Source of the DNA: Octopus sinensis
Taxonomy: Eukaryota
DNA: 64,000 bases
NCBI RefSeq assembly: GCF_006345805.1
Contig: NC_043003.1
Coordinates: forward strand, 58,838,001-58,902,000
Reading direction: 5' to 3'
Below, piece by piece: positions 30,010-42,593 of the stretch. Numbering within the stretch: position 1 is the first letter of the stretch; every line of letters begins with the position of its first letter. The translations under genes were made by a program, and so were the position numbers. The notes beneath the pieces were generated by a model that worked only from the letters and a program-made list of their open reading frames with translations, had not been told where the DNA came from and ran no database searches.

Positions 30010-30139
30010 CTTGCACAACGCCTGCCTTCGCTGCTGGGTGAGCTTGAAAGTGGGGTGGAGGTTGGTGTTATTGATGGTGTTGATGGAGGCATAAACATAT
30101 CGCGGACTTGGTGAACACAAGAACACCACAAGATTCTCT
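30010..30139 (-). CDS. Candidate internal coding exon, 130 nt, unidentified product (ENLVVFLCSPSPRYVYASINTINNTNLHPTFKLTQQRRQALCK)
   Basis: Pyrimidine tract then CAG acceptor, AAG|GT donor (weak at +3 to +6), open frame with complex amino-acid composition, locally raised GC. Confidence 0.45.
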
Positions 30140-30774
30140 CTGTCCCTCAGGGAAAGACAGAAAATTAAAGACAGCGTGAAAGAACAACAACAAACAAATA
30201 AATAATTTCAATAAATATTTAAAAAAAAAGAGAGAAAAAAATCATTATCAGTACGACAAAAAAAAATCTACCATTAGCATCATCACCACCACAATTAGTA
30301 TCACCGCCGTTTCCTACAGTACCACCACCACCACCATCACCAAAACCACTCTCACCACCACCACCATCATCATCATCGTTGTCATCGTTGTTGTCACCAT
30401 CATGACACTCCCCCTCCCCCTCCTTCTCCTCCTCTACATCATCGCTAACATTGTCATTATCATCATCAGTGTGACAAAAACATTTACGCTTTTCCAGTTT
30501 GCCAAACATAATCCCTAAATGCTCCTCAAATCAGACCCTTCCATCATTAAAAGAAATTTAAAAAAATAATGGGAGGAAGCACATTGGACAACATAAACCA
30601 GGGTACCTTGTACTTATAAAGATGAGAAAAATGTTGGCCGGGTCACGCAGGGTTGTTAAGCAAAAAATAAAAGACAAGGTGGCCTCGCTTGGATTTGAAC
30701 TTACAACATAAAAAGACATCACTTTAAACGGTAAATCAGGTTTCCCAAAGCTCTATAAATATTGATTTTAAATT

Positions 30775-31210
30775 TTAGCACAAGACCACAATTCTGAGGG
30801 AGGGCTTAATACGAAGGAGGGCATCGACTCCAGTGCTCAACTGGTACTTGTTTTATCGACTCCGAAAGGATAAAAGGAAAAGTTGACCTCTGCAGAATTT
30901 GAACTCAGAACATAAAAACTGACGATATGCCACTAAGCATTTTAATCGGCGTGCTAATGGTTCATCCAGGGCGCCGCCTTAATGTTCTACAAATATTGGT
31001 AGTAAATTTTGGTACAAAACCAGAAGTTTTGGGAGAGGGGCCAAGTCGATTAAATTGATCCCAGTGTTCAACTAGTACTTATTTCATCGAACTCGAAAGA
31101 ACGAAAGGCAATGTCAACCTCGACAGAATTTGAACCCAAACGTAGGGACGGACGAAATGCCGCTAAACATTTTGTCCGGCACGGTAACGATTCTGCCAGC
31201 TCACAGCTTT
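30775..31210 (-). mobile_element. Two old family 3 SINE copies
   Basis: GAATTTGAACTCAGAAC and ACGATTCTGCCAGCTC motifs. Confidence 0.75.
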
Positions 31211-31255
31211 AAGCACTCTATATATCGAGAGGCAACGGTTGTAACAACAACAGCA

Positions 31256-31440
31256 GTGGAGGCGCAATGACCCAGTGGTTAGGGCAGCGGACTCGCGGTC
31301 GTAAGAACGCGGTTTCGATTCCTAGACCGAGCATAGTGAGTGTTTATTGAGCAAAAACACCTAAGCTCCACGAGGCTCCGGTGGGGGGTGGGGGTGAACC
31401 CGCTTTCACCACAACTTTCTCTCACTCTTTCTTACTTCTG
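31256..31440 (+). mobile_element. Family 2 SINE, 5' part
   Basis: GTGGAGGCGCAATGACCCAGTGGTTAGGGCAGCGGACTCGCGGTCG. Confidence 0.85.
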
Positions 31441-31589
31441 CCACAAAGCAGAGGAACCATGGTGTAACCCAGTATGGTGTGGTAACCTTTCCGACCCTAG
31501 TCTAGATTGCGAATCCTCTGTACCCCGTTAAAAGCCACCGTTTACGAAATGAGGATAACAACGTAGCTTTCGCGCCCGTGCAACAGCCA

Positions 31590-31954
31590 GTCTGTCCTTG
31601 TTTTTCCTCTCTGTGTTTAGCCACTTGTGGGTAGTAAAGAAATTGGTATTTCGTCTGTCTTTACGTTCTGAGTTCAAATTCCGCCGAGGTCGACTTTGCC
31701 TTTCATCCTTTCGGAGTCGATAAATTATGTAATAATTGCGTATTTAGGTCGAACTAATCCAATAGGCAAAAAAAAAATTTCGGTCTTTGTGCCTTGAGTA
31801 GAAAAGAATATTGAGTAACGTAGTAAGGCGGCGAGCTGGCAGAGACGTTAGCACGCCGGGCGAAATACTCAACGTCATTTCGTCTGTCTTTACGTTCTGA
31901 GTTCAAATTCCGCCGAGGTCGACTTTGCCTTTCATCCTTTCGGGGTCGATAAAT

Positions 31955-31955
<1 letters not shown>
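31590..31955 (+). mobile_element. Family 3 SINE fragments, including a body-body junction
   Basis: AGTAAAGAAATT|GGTATTTCGTCTG junction near 31645; new head AAGGCGGCGAGCTGG near 31825. Confidence 0.75.
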
Positions 31956-32005
<50 letters not shown>

Positions 32006-32010
32006 GATTT

Positions 32011-32368
32011 CAAGCAAAACGCCTCCGTCCAATGGACGGTGCTGCGTTGTCGAACATTTAAACCAAATTTTCTCAAAACAACTTGTCCGACCGTCCCATA
32101 GGCCTCCTTTTTGAGAAACACTGATTTAACCTAAATTTGAGCCATCAGCAAAAGAAGAAATAAAGATAGACATTTTTTTTCTATTCCAAAGAATGCTTTA
32201 TCGATCGCATTCTCACCTGGAATCGATTTTTCTAATTTTTGTCAAGACTTATACACGCCCTGATACCGTCAGTATCTACATGTCAAATTTGAGTGCAATC
32301 GGATGGAGGATGCTCGAGATGCTAGAAGACACAGACACAGACACACAGAACAGATTTTATATAATAGA
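32011..32368 (-). mobile_element. Non-autonomous Helitron-like element
   Basis: Minus strand starts A|TCTATTATATAAAATCTG(TGTC)n. Subterminal hairpin CCGTCC-AAT-GGACGG lies about 11 nt from an imperfect CTTG end. Confidence 0.5.
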
Positions 32369-32422
32369 TATGCATACATACATATATATATGACAGGGAA
32401 AAAGACAGATAGAGAGACAAAG

Positions 32423-32484
<62 letters not shown>

Positions 32485-33023
32485 AGGGAGAAACAGACAA
32501 AGTCAAACAGAGAGACAAAGAGAGTAGCTCATGTTGCAGTCTGGCAACTCATGCAATGTGTTTCTTCTTCAAAGCGCTGAAGCATTTCCCAAACATCGTT
32601 AAATAGTTCTGTAGTTTTATTCGTCTAATCACTCAAGCAATTTGCCAGCTCTGATGACAACTGCATTGACACAATCTGTTGTTACTGCAGATGCAGCTTG
32701 GTTGCAGTCATTGTTGTTGCTTTGCACAATGTGTCGCTGAACTGCTGTTATTCGATAACATCTGTTGTGTCGATTCAGCTGTTAGCAAGTTGCACAATAG
32801 TCGTAGACATGTATCTACCGTACCATTCCTAGCGAAATTGGAGAAGATGTAAAAAACGATAATGTAAAGAAAGTACCCCTCCCTGTCTCAGTCTGTCTGT
32901 CTCTGTCTCTGTCTCTCTCATATACGTGTGTATCATATATATATATATATGTATATATATACAGGGTGTCCCAAACACACACACACACACACACCACACA
33001 CACACACACACACCACACATATA

Positions 33024-33061
<38 letters not shown>

Positions 33062-33063
<2 letters not shown>

Positions 33064-33211
33064 GCAGGAGTGGCTGTGTGGTAAGTGGCTTGCTTACCAA
33101 CCACATGGTTCCGGGTTCAGTCCCACTGGGTAAGTGTCTTCTACTATAGTCTCGGGTCGACCAAAGCCTTGTGAGTGGATTTGGTAGACGGAAAACTGAA
33201 AGAATCCCGTC

Positions 33212-33244
<33 letters not shown>

Positions 33245-33466
33245 TATATATATATATATATATGTTTGTGTGTCTGTGTTTGTCCCCCAAATCGCTTGAC
33301 AACCAATGCTGGTGTGTTTACGTCCACTTAGCGGTTTGGCAAGAGAGACCGATAGAATAAGTACTAGGCTTACAAAGAATAAGTCCTGGGGTCATTTTGC
33401 TCCACTAAAGGCGGCGCTCCAGCACTGCCACAGTCAAATGACTGAAACAAATAAAAGAATAAAAGA
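33062..33466 (+). mobile_element. Family 1 SINE
   Basis: Head, body and tail present, with a short internal deletion. Confidence 0.9.
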
Positions 33467-33552
33467 ATATATATATATATATAATATATATATAATATAT
33501 ATATATATATATTATTATATATATATATATATATAATATATATATATATATA

Positions 33553-34037
33553 CAGGGTGTCTTTGATAGACGATGTACGGCTTACCTCGATGCAACAAAT
33601 CCAAACAAATGGATTGGGAGGAGAGGTAGCATGAGGCAGCGTTGAATTTCCTGCACGTTCTCCAGACCTCACGCTAATGGATTTTTTTTTTAATGGGGAC
33701 ATCTCAAAGATAAGGTTTACACTGCAAAACCAGTGACAATTGATGATTTGAAAAATGAAATTCGAATAGAATATCTTGCGATTCCAAATGAAATGTTTGG
33801 CAATGTTGTCGGATCCATTGTTGGACGTTATCAGCTTTGTTTGGAAAAAGAAAGGAAGGTAGTTTGAACATTTGCGAACACGCAGGAATGAGAGAGAACA
33901 TTAAATAATTGTTTCTACAACAATATATTTTCCTGAATTTAATTTAACTTTTTAGGATTGTATGTATATCAATAAACATCTACTTGAACACAAAATGCAT
34001 GAGTCAAAGAGTGAATACCTCTTTTGGGGACACCCTG
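33553..34037 (+). mobile_element. Internally deleted mariner-like element with transposase C-terminal remnant
   Basis: Ends CAGGGTGTC and GGGGACACCCTG; a better left TIR lies at 32962. Translation contains KWIGRRG and WGHLKDKVYTAKPVTIDDLKNEI. Confidence 0.75.
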
Positions 34038-34239
34038 CATATGTATACCAGGTTGATTAAAAAATAAGTAAAGTTTTGAACCATGAAATTTTTGTATCGG
34101 ACTTTTGCAGAGTTTTGAATGTTTTAAAACATTTCTTTGCAATTGTCTGATAATACAGACACAGACTTGCCCAAATGCATCAATAAATTAACATTGTTTT
34201 ATTTTTTTCACCATTGTTACAATCGTCTGTGACCGAGTT

Positions 34240-35440
34240 TGTTTGTGCGTCGTTCGAGAGGTTAGTGAAGGATTGTTGAATTGGAATTATATTTGTTATT
34301 AATTGTTGTGTCTTGAAACACTTGATTTCGCTGCCTCGAGGCAGTTTTGTTAACGCCGTCCCCCTTGTTTGAAGGGGGAAGCGCATTGTGTCTTCATGAT
34401 GCATGAAGATTTGAATTTTTCAGACCTGACGACATCTGAAGAAGAATTACTGAGAAGTTTGAATATTGCAGACTAGAAGATGGAAAAATGAAGGTGGGTA
34501 AAAAAAAAAAAGAATTTTGCAGTTGCGGCTGGTGAAATAAGAGAAGGGATTTGGAGTTGAACAAGTACAGGAAAATCCTGCGAAGGGAGGGGCACGAAGT
34601 AACCCTCTTAGTGAAGTTACAAGGGACACGCAAAAAAGGCAATAATATATAGAAATTACAGCATGCATGTAAAGAGAAGTTGAGAAGGCATTGAGACCCA
34701 TCTAGCAGGATGTCATCTATCTTGTCAGAGGGAAGAAATACGCAACTGTGGAGGTGCGATTTGCATCCGAGGAGAAGGCCAGGCAACATTCTGTAGCCTC
34801 CCTGAAAACGGACGAGGTAATACTTCTGCCAGCTTATCTTGGAAGATGTGCTTCCAGGGTAAGGGTGGAAGAGATTCCCCGGGAGGTAGATGTCACCTGG
34901 CTGGTGGCTGCAGTACTGCTGGGTGTAGAAGAGAAGATAGATGTCCTCTAAGTAACGAGAGCAACACTGAAGAATTGGCAAGGGCAGATCCTGGAGATAA
35001 TCATCCAGGCTGCCCCGGAGGACCTTGAAAGAATGGTCGACAGCATAACGATGAGCGAGGAGGTGGTATTAAGTATTATAGTGAAGGGCAAGAAACTCGC
35101 GACTATAAATGTAGCCAGAAGGGCTACTTAAGAAAAGAGTGTCCTCCACCGACCACAATGATACTAGCAGCACTGCAGGCCCGAAGGGATATCACATCTC
35201 TACCTCCTGCAATGACAATGGAGTGTGGAAGAGCTCGGCAAAGAAGCACAAATAGAGGAAGAGAAAACAGAAGAATGGAAGACGGTAAGCCGGAAAAAAA
35301 GAAAAGGAGAAATCAGAGTGTTGATGTTAAGCCCCATGTTACTCCCACCCGACCCCTACCCCGCCCCACTTTGACCCACCCTCCCCCTGCAGACACCAAT
35401 TCTCACCCTATCCCACCAGACACTGTGTGTTTGCAGCTAT
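34240..35440 (+). pseudogene. Degraded L1/Tx1-type LINE 5' end (ORF1 remnant)
   Basis: Purine-rich ORF pieces (ATVEVRFASEEKARQH..LLPAYLGRCASRVRVEEIP) and a decayed zinc knuckle DYKCSQKGYLRKECP at 35101-35145. Confidence 0.55.
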
Positions 35441-35546
35441 AGTATCAGTGTCTTTTGTGTTGATGTATATATGCATACGTATATCTTCATATATATTATA
35501 TATATATATATATATATTATATAATAATATATATACATATATATAA

Positions 35547-35690
35547 TCTTTATATATAAAAATGAGAATGTGTGTCTGTCTGTCTGTCTGTGTGTGTGTT
35601 TCCCTAAAACTTGAGAACTACACAACCAATTTCATTCAAATTTTACACATGCCTTACTTAGGGTCCGGGGAGTGTCATCGGCCAAAATAG
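35547..35690 (+). mobile_element. Helitron-like 5' end
   Basis: A|TCTTTATATATAAAAATGAGAATGTGTGTCTGTCTGTCTG. Confidence 0.5.
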
Positions 35691-36691
35691 TTGACATTCC
35701 CTTTGCAGTTTTTAATTCAGAAACTCTTTTTGGCATTGAACTGATGAGCTTTGTGATTGTCTCTTGTTGAATTTCTGCCTATTTTTGACGCAACAATCGA
35801 AACATTTCATCTTTAGACTTAGGTTTCTCTCAATTTTTCCCTATATCTCTATCTAGTATGCTCCAAAGATTTTCAATTGGGTTCATGTCATGAGATTGGC
35901 TCGGCCAAGGAAACTTTTTGATCCCATTTTCAGTCAGTCATTGTTGATTGCTTTTCGCTGTGTGGCATGGAGTCCCATCTTTCATGAATAAAAACTCATT
36001 TTTCGTTGTGTTATCGGAAGTAGTCCTTGCTTAAGTAGTTCGATGCATTTTTCAGAGTTTATGGTTCCAACACATTCAATCAGCTCAGAACGACCATTGC
36101 TGGTGACAGCTCCCCATACCATTACAGAGATACCACCATAATATCACAGTTGGCTGGAGTCGTTTCAAATCAAATTCTTGATTGGGAAGCCTCCAGACCC
36201 AAACACGACCACTGTCTGAAAATAATGCAAATCTGGATTCATCTGAGAAAATCACACTATCCCAAAATTAAGTGGATTTTTCTGACTTTTCCTTAGCCCA
36301 TTTCTTTCTTTTCGTGATATTAATTGGTTGAAGGAGAGGTTTACTTCTAGCTGCTCGTCCATAATACCCAAACTTATGCAGATATGTAACACACGTTCTT
36401 GGACTAACTTCTAGCTGCTTTTCAATGTCAGAGGCCTTCGAACGGGGTTCGTTTTCCACAATTCCCTTCAAACAGCGAAGCTTCCTTTCCGAGGGCCTAG
36501 GTCGGCCGGGAAGAGAATCTGTTGATTCTTTTCCTTGGCTTTTGAATTGCACTATAATTCTATTAACAGTAACAAGAGGAATTAGAAGATTTTCGGCTAT
36601 TTTTCGCTGGCTAAGACCAGCCTCAGATAGCCCAATAATACGACCTCTTTGAAAATCTGACAGTTCTGCTGAATTTTTTTGTGCGTGACAT
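35690..36691 (-). pseudogene. Tc1 (DD34E-type) transposase, frameshifted
   Basis: N-terminal HTH-like region; GRPR and ARSKPLL motifs; VIFSDES, VMVWG, KDG.PCH, WPSQSHDMNPIENLW; C-terminal LISSMPKRV. Confidence 0.9.
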
Positions 36692-37089
36692 GGTTACTCT
36701 TCGGAAATGCTTAATATAATGGCACCTGGAATGAAAAAGAATAATTACATTGTAAATTCTACATCGCTGAAAAGATATTAAGACACTAAGATCAGAAATT
36801 TTGAAAATTAAAGGTGCCTTTTTATTTTCTGCATGTCTGTGTCTATATATGCATTTATTAATGTTAAAACTACGGGCTTCTTTTAATTTCTGTCTATCAA
36901 AATACACTCACAAGGATTTAATAGGCCCAGGGCTATAGTAGAAGACATGCCCGAGGTGCCACGGAATGGGACTGAATCCAGAACCATACAGCTGGGAAGC
37001 AATCTTCTTACAACACATCCAATCCTGTTGTTTACCGTCTTAAGCTCATCCACGGATGTTGTATCATGATGATTCGCGCCGGGTAACAA

Positions 37090-38100
37090 AATGCCGATAT
37101 CATCACAGCTGCTCAATGCTGTGAACACTGTAAAACATGACATGGACGGCTGCAACGGAAACTACGAAGCAGTGGCCAGAAAAAGGCACACAACAGGCGT
37201 TCTGATTGCGTCTGCACGCCTGAATTCATTCAAGAACTGCGGGACTAGGTGATGGAAGATCCGGGCAAGGGATTTCGGTCTTTGGCGAAAGAGATGAGTA
37301 CTGGAGTCGCCATCATGAAGCTGGTCCTGAATGAAGCCTTCATTACAACTCGTACACGAGGCGCAAGGAACAGGGTCTGACAAGATCCGCTTGACGAAGG
37401 CAAAGAAACTCCTGAACAAGCTAAGGCATCTTACTGAGCCGGGAATGATATGTTTCTTTTCAGATGAAAAGAACTTTGCCAGGACCAGTTGAACAGTACG
37501 CCGAAGAACAGGTGGCTTGCAAATAATCCATGCCATCTTCCATGTATCATGAAAACCAAGTTCACCAAAACTGTGATGGTCTTTGAACGTGTCTCCAGCG
37601 AAGGTGACGTCATGTCGCCCCACATATTTAAACAGGACCTTAGTTTCAATTCAGATGGCTATGTGAAGCTGCTGGAGACAGTGACCAAAATCTGGCTGGA
37701 GAAGGTTGCTGCTCGAAGGTCATATGTGAGGCAGTAGGATTCAGTTCCTTACCATGCCGTCTGAAAGAGTCAGAAGTGGTTGTCAGAGAATTTCTACGAC
37801 TTCACCAGCCACAGTTTCTGGCCCCTTAATCCCCCAATTGTAATCCCATGGACAGTGGGGGATGTAGCGGAGAAAACCACTAATCACTCAGCCAACAACA
37901 CCAAGGCCGAGCTGGAGGTCAAGATAAAAGAAGTGATCGAAGATCGGTCTAGGGACACAATGAGGAATGCATGCACCAGGTTCCGGAACCATTTTGAAGG
38001 CGTAGAGGAAGCCGAGGTCTGCTACTTTGAGAAAAATGTTATCTCCCAATCATAATCTTGTTGATATTTTCTGATTTTTAAAGATACTGATATTTTTAGA
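37090..38100 (+). pseudogene. mariner-like transposase of maT/DD37D type, degraded
   Basis: FFSDEK, VMVFERVSSEGDVMSPHIF, RQ*DSVPYH, FWPLN/CNPMD motifs across frameshifts. Confidence 0.85.
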
Positions 38101-38232
38101 TTGGATATTGTGTTTTCTGTTCCTTTTGCGGAAACTGTCTTCGTTGGCCCAAATATCCTTATATATAATCAAGCATTATATTATTGTTTTTCGTATACAA
38201 TTAGTCAGAAAAATATATATTGTCCTATTTTG

Positions 38233-38296
<64 letters not shown>

Positions 38297-38301
<5 letters not shown>

Positions 38302-39010
38302 ACTCAACTTGTGTGTCTGTGTGTGTATCTGTGTGTGTGTCTGTGTGTTTAAATTTCCGGTACATCTCTTCCTAGCCAACAAATCGAAGAACCACCAAAA
38401 ATGGGTCACTTAAAGTTTAGGCGAATGAAAATTGAACTGCGCTATTTTTGTTCCGAAATTCATCTCGCAAGTGCAAAAATCGATAATGTGTTTGTTTAGG
38501 CCTTATCCCATGCATTGAATAGTGAACTTTACTCAGTCAGCTGTTTGACGTGTACTGTGTTCACCACGCGTGCAAGCATGCGTAAATTGCATGAAAAATA
38601 AAAAATCAAGATATAAAAACGAATCGCCGTAAACATCGTAGAAATTCGGCAAAGAAATGAATTTTCGGGATGTAGCCTGGGTTTTTTTTTTCGTATTAAT
38701 CGTTTGGACTTTGTGAACACATACCAATTGTTTTCATAACATTTTTAACGCTTTGAATTAAATGTAACCATTTTGCGTTGACTCTGCAGTTTGAATCACT
38801 TTAACCAAATTTTAGCAGGCCGGATATTTGATCATCACGATACATCGCCAGCAACTCCCTGAAACTCTCCCCTGAAATCCCCGTTGAGAAATCTATATAT
38901 ATAAAACTCAACTTGTGTGTCTGTGTTTGTATCTGTGTGTGTGTGTCTGTGTGTTTAACTTTTAGATCTACTAAGTTACATTATTAAGGATGGAAAGTAG
39001 TGTGTAGCAA
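38297..39010 (+). mobile_element. Two related Helitron-like 5' segments (38297 and 38892)
   Basis: Shared AACTCAACTTGTGTGTCTGTGT.TGTATCTGTGTGTGTGT..CTGTGTGTTTAA; the second starts A|TCTATATATATAAAA. Confidence 0.55.
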
Positions 39011-39011
39011 A

Positions 39012-39401
39012 TCTATTTATATATAAAGCTAAAGCTGTCTGTGTATGGCAGGTTTGGTAGCCTTCAACTAACACTATCTCCTTCGAGACCCTGCAGCGCA
39101 AGTTGACCAAAATTGAGAGTATGATAGAAAAAGCTTGCTCTTCATTCTGTAAAAGATAAAATTCAAATCGGACCATGTTAACACCAAAAATTATTTACAT
39201 CAAAAAGGTGCTTTTTTTCTATGAAAATCCCTATTTTTTACGACTTTTGACTGCTGTGTTACCATTTTTCGGTGTATTTCAACTGGAAAAATGTTCACTT
39301 GAAGATAATAACAAGTTGCATAATGCAAAATTTTTACTTTTCAAAATTTCCAATTCTAAAGGGTCGAAACAAACCCAGGCAACACCGGGTGATACTGCTA
39401 G
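39012..39401 (+). mobile_element. Complete non-autonomous Helitron, 390 bp
   Basis: 5' TC after A; 3' hairpin CCCAGGCAACACCGGG then CTAG followed by T; no TSD. Confidence 0.85.
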
Positions 39402-40264
39402 TATATATATATATATACGTACGTACACTTTGTTCTCTTATATGTAAGTACACATTTCACAAAATTTTGTACGACATTTTCAAATCTTTCTCCCCACTCT
39501 CTCTCACATTTCTTTGCCTTTCTTACTCACTTTGCATTTCACTATGTCCCTCTCTCTCTCTTTTTTTTGCCACTCTTTTATTCTTCCATCTATCTACTGC
39601 TACACACACACTCTCTCTCTTCTCCCCTCCTTAGTTCCTTTGTTCCTCTTTTTCTCTCTCTTCTCTTCTCACGTGACCGTTGACCGACTGCTAACCCTTT
39701 TGCGTTTGACCGTGGTCATTGCCACATCGATACTGTTCCCTCTGCCGTAAGGCTTCATTTACATACACGCCAGCTGAATTCAGTTCGTCTCCAGTCGAAA
39801 GACGCCTGTTGTTATGTCCTGTTATTATTATTATTATTATTATTGTTTTTTATTGTATTTTTGTATTTATATTCGTGTAATATCGTCTGTTTTTCCGTCC
39901 TTGTTTCGTATACATTCGATGTTTTTTCCAAGGAATCTAATGCTCTTAGCTTAGTTTTCCTTGGAGCTGGCCAGATTGGAGCAATCTCAAGATTAATCAG
40001 CCGAAATTGCGAGGATGACCCGGTTCTTGACTGAAGATAAAAGGCTTCGAATGACCCATTCGTGTTTTTTGTATCGTCTATCTGGATGTTTTGTTGTCCC
40101 CTTTTGTATCACCTAGTTGTCCGGATGTTTTGTGTTCTTGTCCCATTTTGTATAATATTATTATATATATATGTGTATATATATACATACACGTGATATA
40201 TATGTATAGTGTGGGTGTGTGTATATATACATACACGTATATATATAGTATATATGTATATATA

Positions 40265-40325
<61 letters not shown>

Positions 40326-40483
40326 ATATAATATATATACATATATATATATTATATTATATATATATAATATATATATGTATATATATATATACATATA
40401 TATATATATACACACCACATGGACATACATTTAATATATATATATAATACATAGGCTTAAATCTACGAATTTATCTATCTGTA

Positions 40484-40514
<31 letters not shown>

Positions 40515-40552
40515 TCTATCTATCTATATTATATATATATATATATAGATAG

Positions 40553-41560
40553 ATAATCTGGACAGAATCTCTAAATACTCTGGAAGAGTTCAATATCCTC
40601 CTGAACAACCTACACCCATCTCTCCAATTTACAAAGGAGATGAGTAGTACCAAATTACCATTCCTAGATATAATGGTAATTAAAAAAGACACCACCATCA
40701 CCACAGATATATACTATAAACACACAGACACACATCAATACCTAAATTTTAAGTCGTGCCAGCCACCACATACAAAACGCAACATCCCATACTGCCTAGC
40801 CAGAAGAATTTGTACCATTATAGAAGATGCAAATATCAGGAACAAACGCCTAACAGAACTAAGAGAATTTTTGCTCAAACAAAAATACCCATCTCTACTT
40901 ATAGAAAATGGCATACAGCGGGCTATAAAAATACTCATACAACAACTTAGGACAACCCAAGGAAGAGGAAAACAAGAACAAATCATACCATTTATAGTGA
41001 CACACAACCCATGTCACCAGAATATCTTCAACATTGCCAAAGCAAACCTACCAATCATTGCCCAAAGTAATGAATTAAAAGACATAATCACGGATCGAGC
41101 TATGGTTCTTAGTAAAATACAGCCTAAAAACTTGAAAAAATTACTAACAAAGGCAAAATTTGACCTTAGCAACAAAGACCAAACATTCACTGTATCTAGA
41201 TGCAATGATAGCCGATGTGGCACATGCCAATTCATACATACCGGCCAATATATAAACACAAAAACCGGGAAAATATTCACAAATGCGAATATGAACTGCA
41301 AAAGCAGAAATTTAATTTACTGCATCAAATGCCCAAATTGTGAAGAAATATATCTAGGTCAGACGGGAAATGCACTATCAGAACGCTCACGTGTACACCG
41401 ACAACAGATTAGAGACCCAGAGGTCCGTCAGATACCTTTGAGTAACCACCTAGCAACATGTGGTCGGAAAATATATATAATATTTCCATTCTACAAATTA
41501 CACAGCCCAAGTGAAATCGAGAGGAAAATCAGAGAAAAGAATTTTATTGATAAATTCTAA
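40553..41560 (+). CDS. Penelope-like element ORF, 5'-truncated: RT C-terminus/thumb, Cys linker, GIY-YIG endonuclease
   Basis: NNLHPSLQFT, KLPFLD, DIYYKHTDTHQYLNF, CNDSRCGTC, NLIYCIKCPNCEEIYLGQT. The stop is followed by PKLN, suggesting it is slightly premature. Confidence 0.93.
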   Translation: MIWTESLNTLEEFNILLNNLHPSLQFTKEMSSTKLPFLDIMVIKKDTTITTDIYYKHTDTHQYLNFKSCQPPHTKRNIPYCLARRICTIIEDANIRNKRLTELREFLLKQKYPSLLIENGIQRAIKILIQQLRTTQGRGKQEQIIPFIVTHNPCHQNIFNIAKANLPIIAQSNELKDIITDRAMVLSKIQPKNLKKLLTKAKFDLSNKDQTFTVSRCNDSRCGTCQFIHTGQYINTKTGKIFTNANMNCKSRNLIYCIKCPNCEEIYLGQTGNALSERSRVHRQQIRDPEVRQIPLSNHLATCGRKIYIIFPFYKLHSPSEIERKIREKNFIDKF

Positions 41561-41827
41561 CCCAAGCTAAATAAGCAATAATAATAATACTTAGATAGCA
41601 GGAAAATTATCTTATTTAGGGTTAAAAGTTCTATTGCCACCACCATCACCACTAGCAACAATAATTAACGTGCTGACAATGATGATGATGACAATTGAAA
41701 TATAAAAATATAAAAATCTCTCACAAAGGCTATTTACAACATTTCTAAAAATAGCCCAACAATTGCTGCCTCGGCCAGGGTTAAGATACAGGACTCTTGA
41801 CATGTCCAATAAAGCGTGACGCCTAAA

Positions 41828-41940
41828 CCAATCAGCTCAACCAACCAATCAGCTTAAGTAATTGATTGATACTACACACTGATTGGTCAGAATACAGTTT
41901 GCAAAACCTAGCACTCTGGAGCCCACACAGGTGTATTTAA
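41828..41940 (+). promoter_or_regulatory. Candidate pLTR promoter: three CCAAT boxes and a TATA-like motif
   Basis: CCAATCAGCT at 41828 and 41845, TGATTGG at 41880, TATTTAA at 41934, about 65 nt upstream of the hammerhead. Confidence 0.45.
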
Positions 41941-42004
41941 GGCACAGATTCAATCATCTCGCTACAGTCAAAAATTGTGAAGTATGACTGTCACCACTAC
42001 TACA

Positions 42005-42049
42005 TGAACCTGAAGATTGCAGAATTTAATGCATGAAAGTACTAGTTCA
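42005..42049 (+). ncRNA. Minimal type I hammerhead ribozyme in the PLE 3' repeat
   Basis: UGAAC CUGAAGA U-UGCA-GAAUUUAA-UGCA-U GAAA GUAC UA^GUUCA; palindromic stem III AGUACU; U-U at 10.1/11.1. Confidence 0.75.
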
Positions 42050-42593
42050 ATCAGAATGAACATTTAACATTCTATTATTTTATTTTATTTTATTATATTA
42101 TATTATCTTATATCATTATAAGATTGTAAATAAAACGTGAAAATCAGACAAGGTTGGAATTCCTTTTATTAATATATAAATATATAAGTTTCTTGTCGAA
42201 GATACGTCTCGCTTTCACCTTCGAAACGTAGAGTAGATGAAACCATTGCGACTGAAGAAGGGATTTTTTCTTTGTGTTAATTGTCCTGTACTCTATTTTT
42301 TGTTGTTGTTTAAAAAAATGTCCAGTTCCTTGGATTTGTGTCTATGTTTTCGTTTCTCATTGTGTTCGACGTCCTTTTGGTGTCCTGTTCTCATATATGC
42401 GTGTATATGTACATGTAGAGGTAGGTACGTACATATATGTTTATATATATGCATATGTTTTATTTATTAATATATATATATATATATATATATAAAACGG
42501 GAAGCTTTATGAAAATAAACAAAAGACGAAGGCAGGTGGAATACAAACAAACAATTGTATTAGTATGGCGCTCAGGAATATAAATAAAACAAG

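Noticed and set aside
32530-32828. Cys/Asn/Gln-codon-rich minus-strand segment with a good acceptor (a similar segment lies at 43400-43620, including CCNDTCN)
   Set aside because: Every frame is interrupted by stops and no recognisable domain spacing is present.
39975-40056. Hammerhead-like pieces (TCAAGA/TCTTGA, CTGAAGA, GAAATTGC)
   Set aside because: The elements are in an order that fits no hammerhead topology, and the downstream core is GAAT rather than GAAA.
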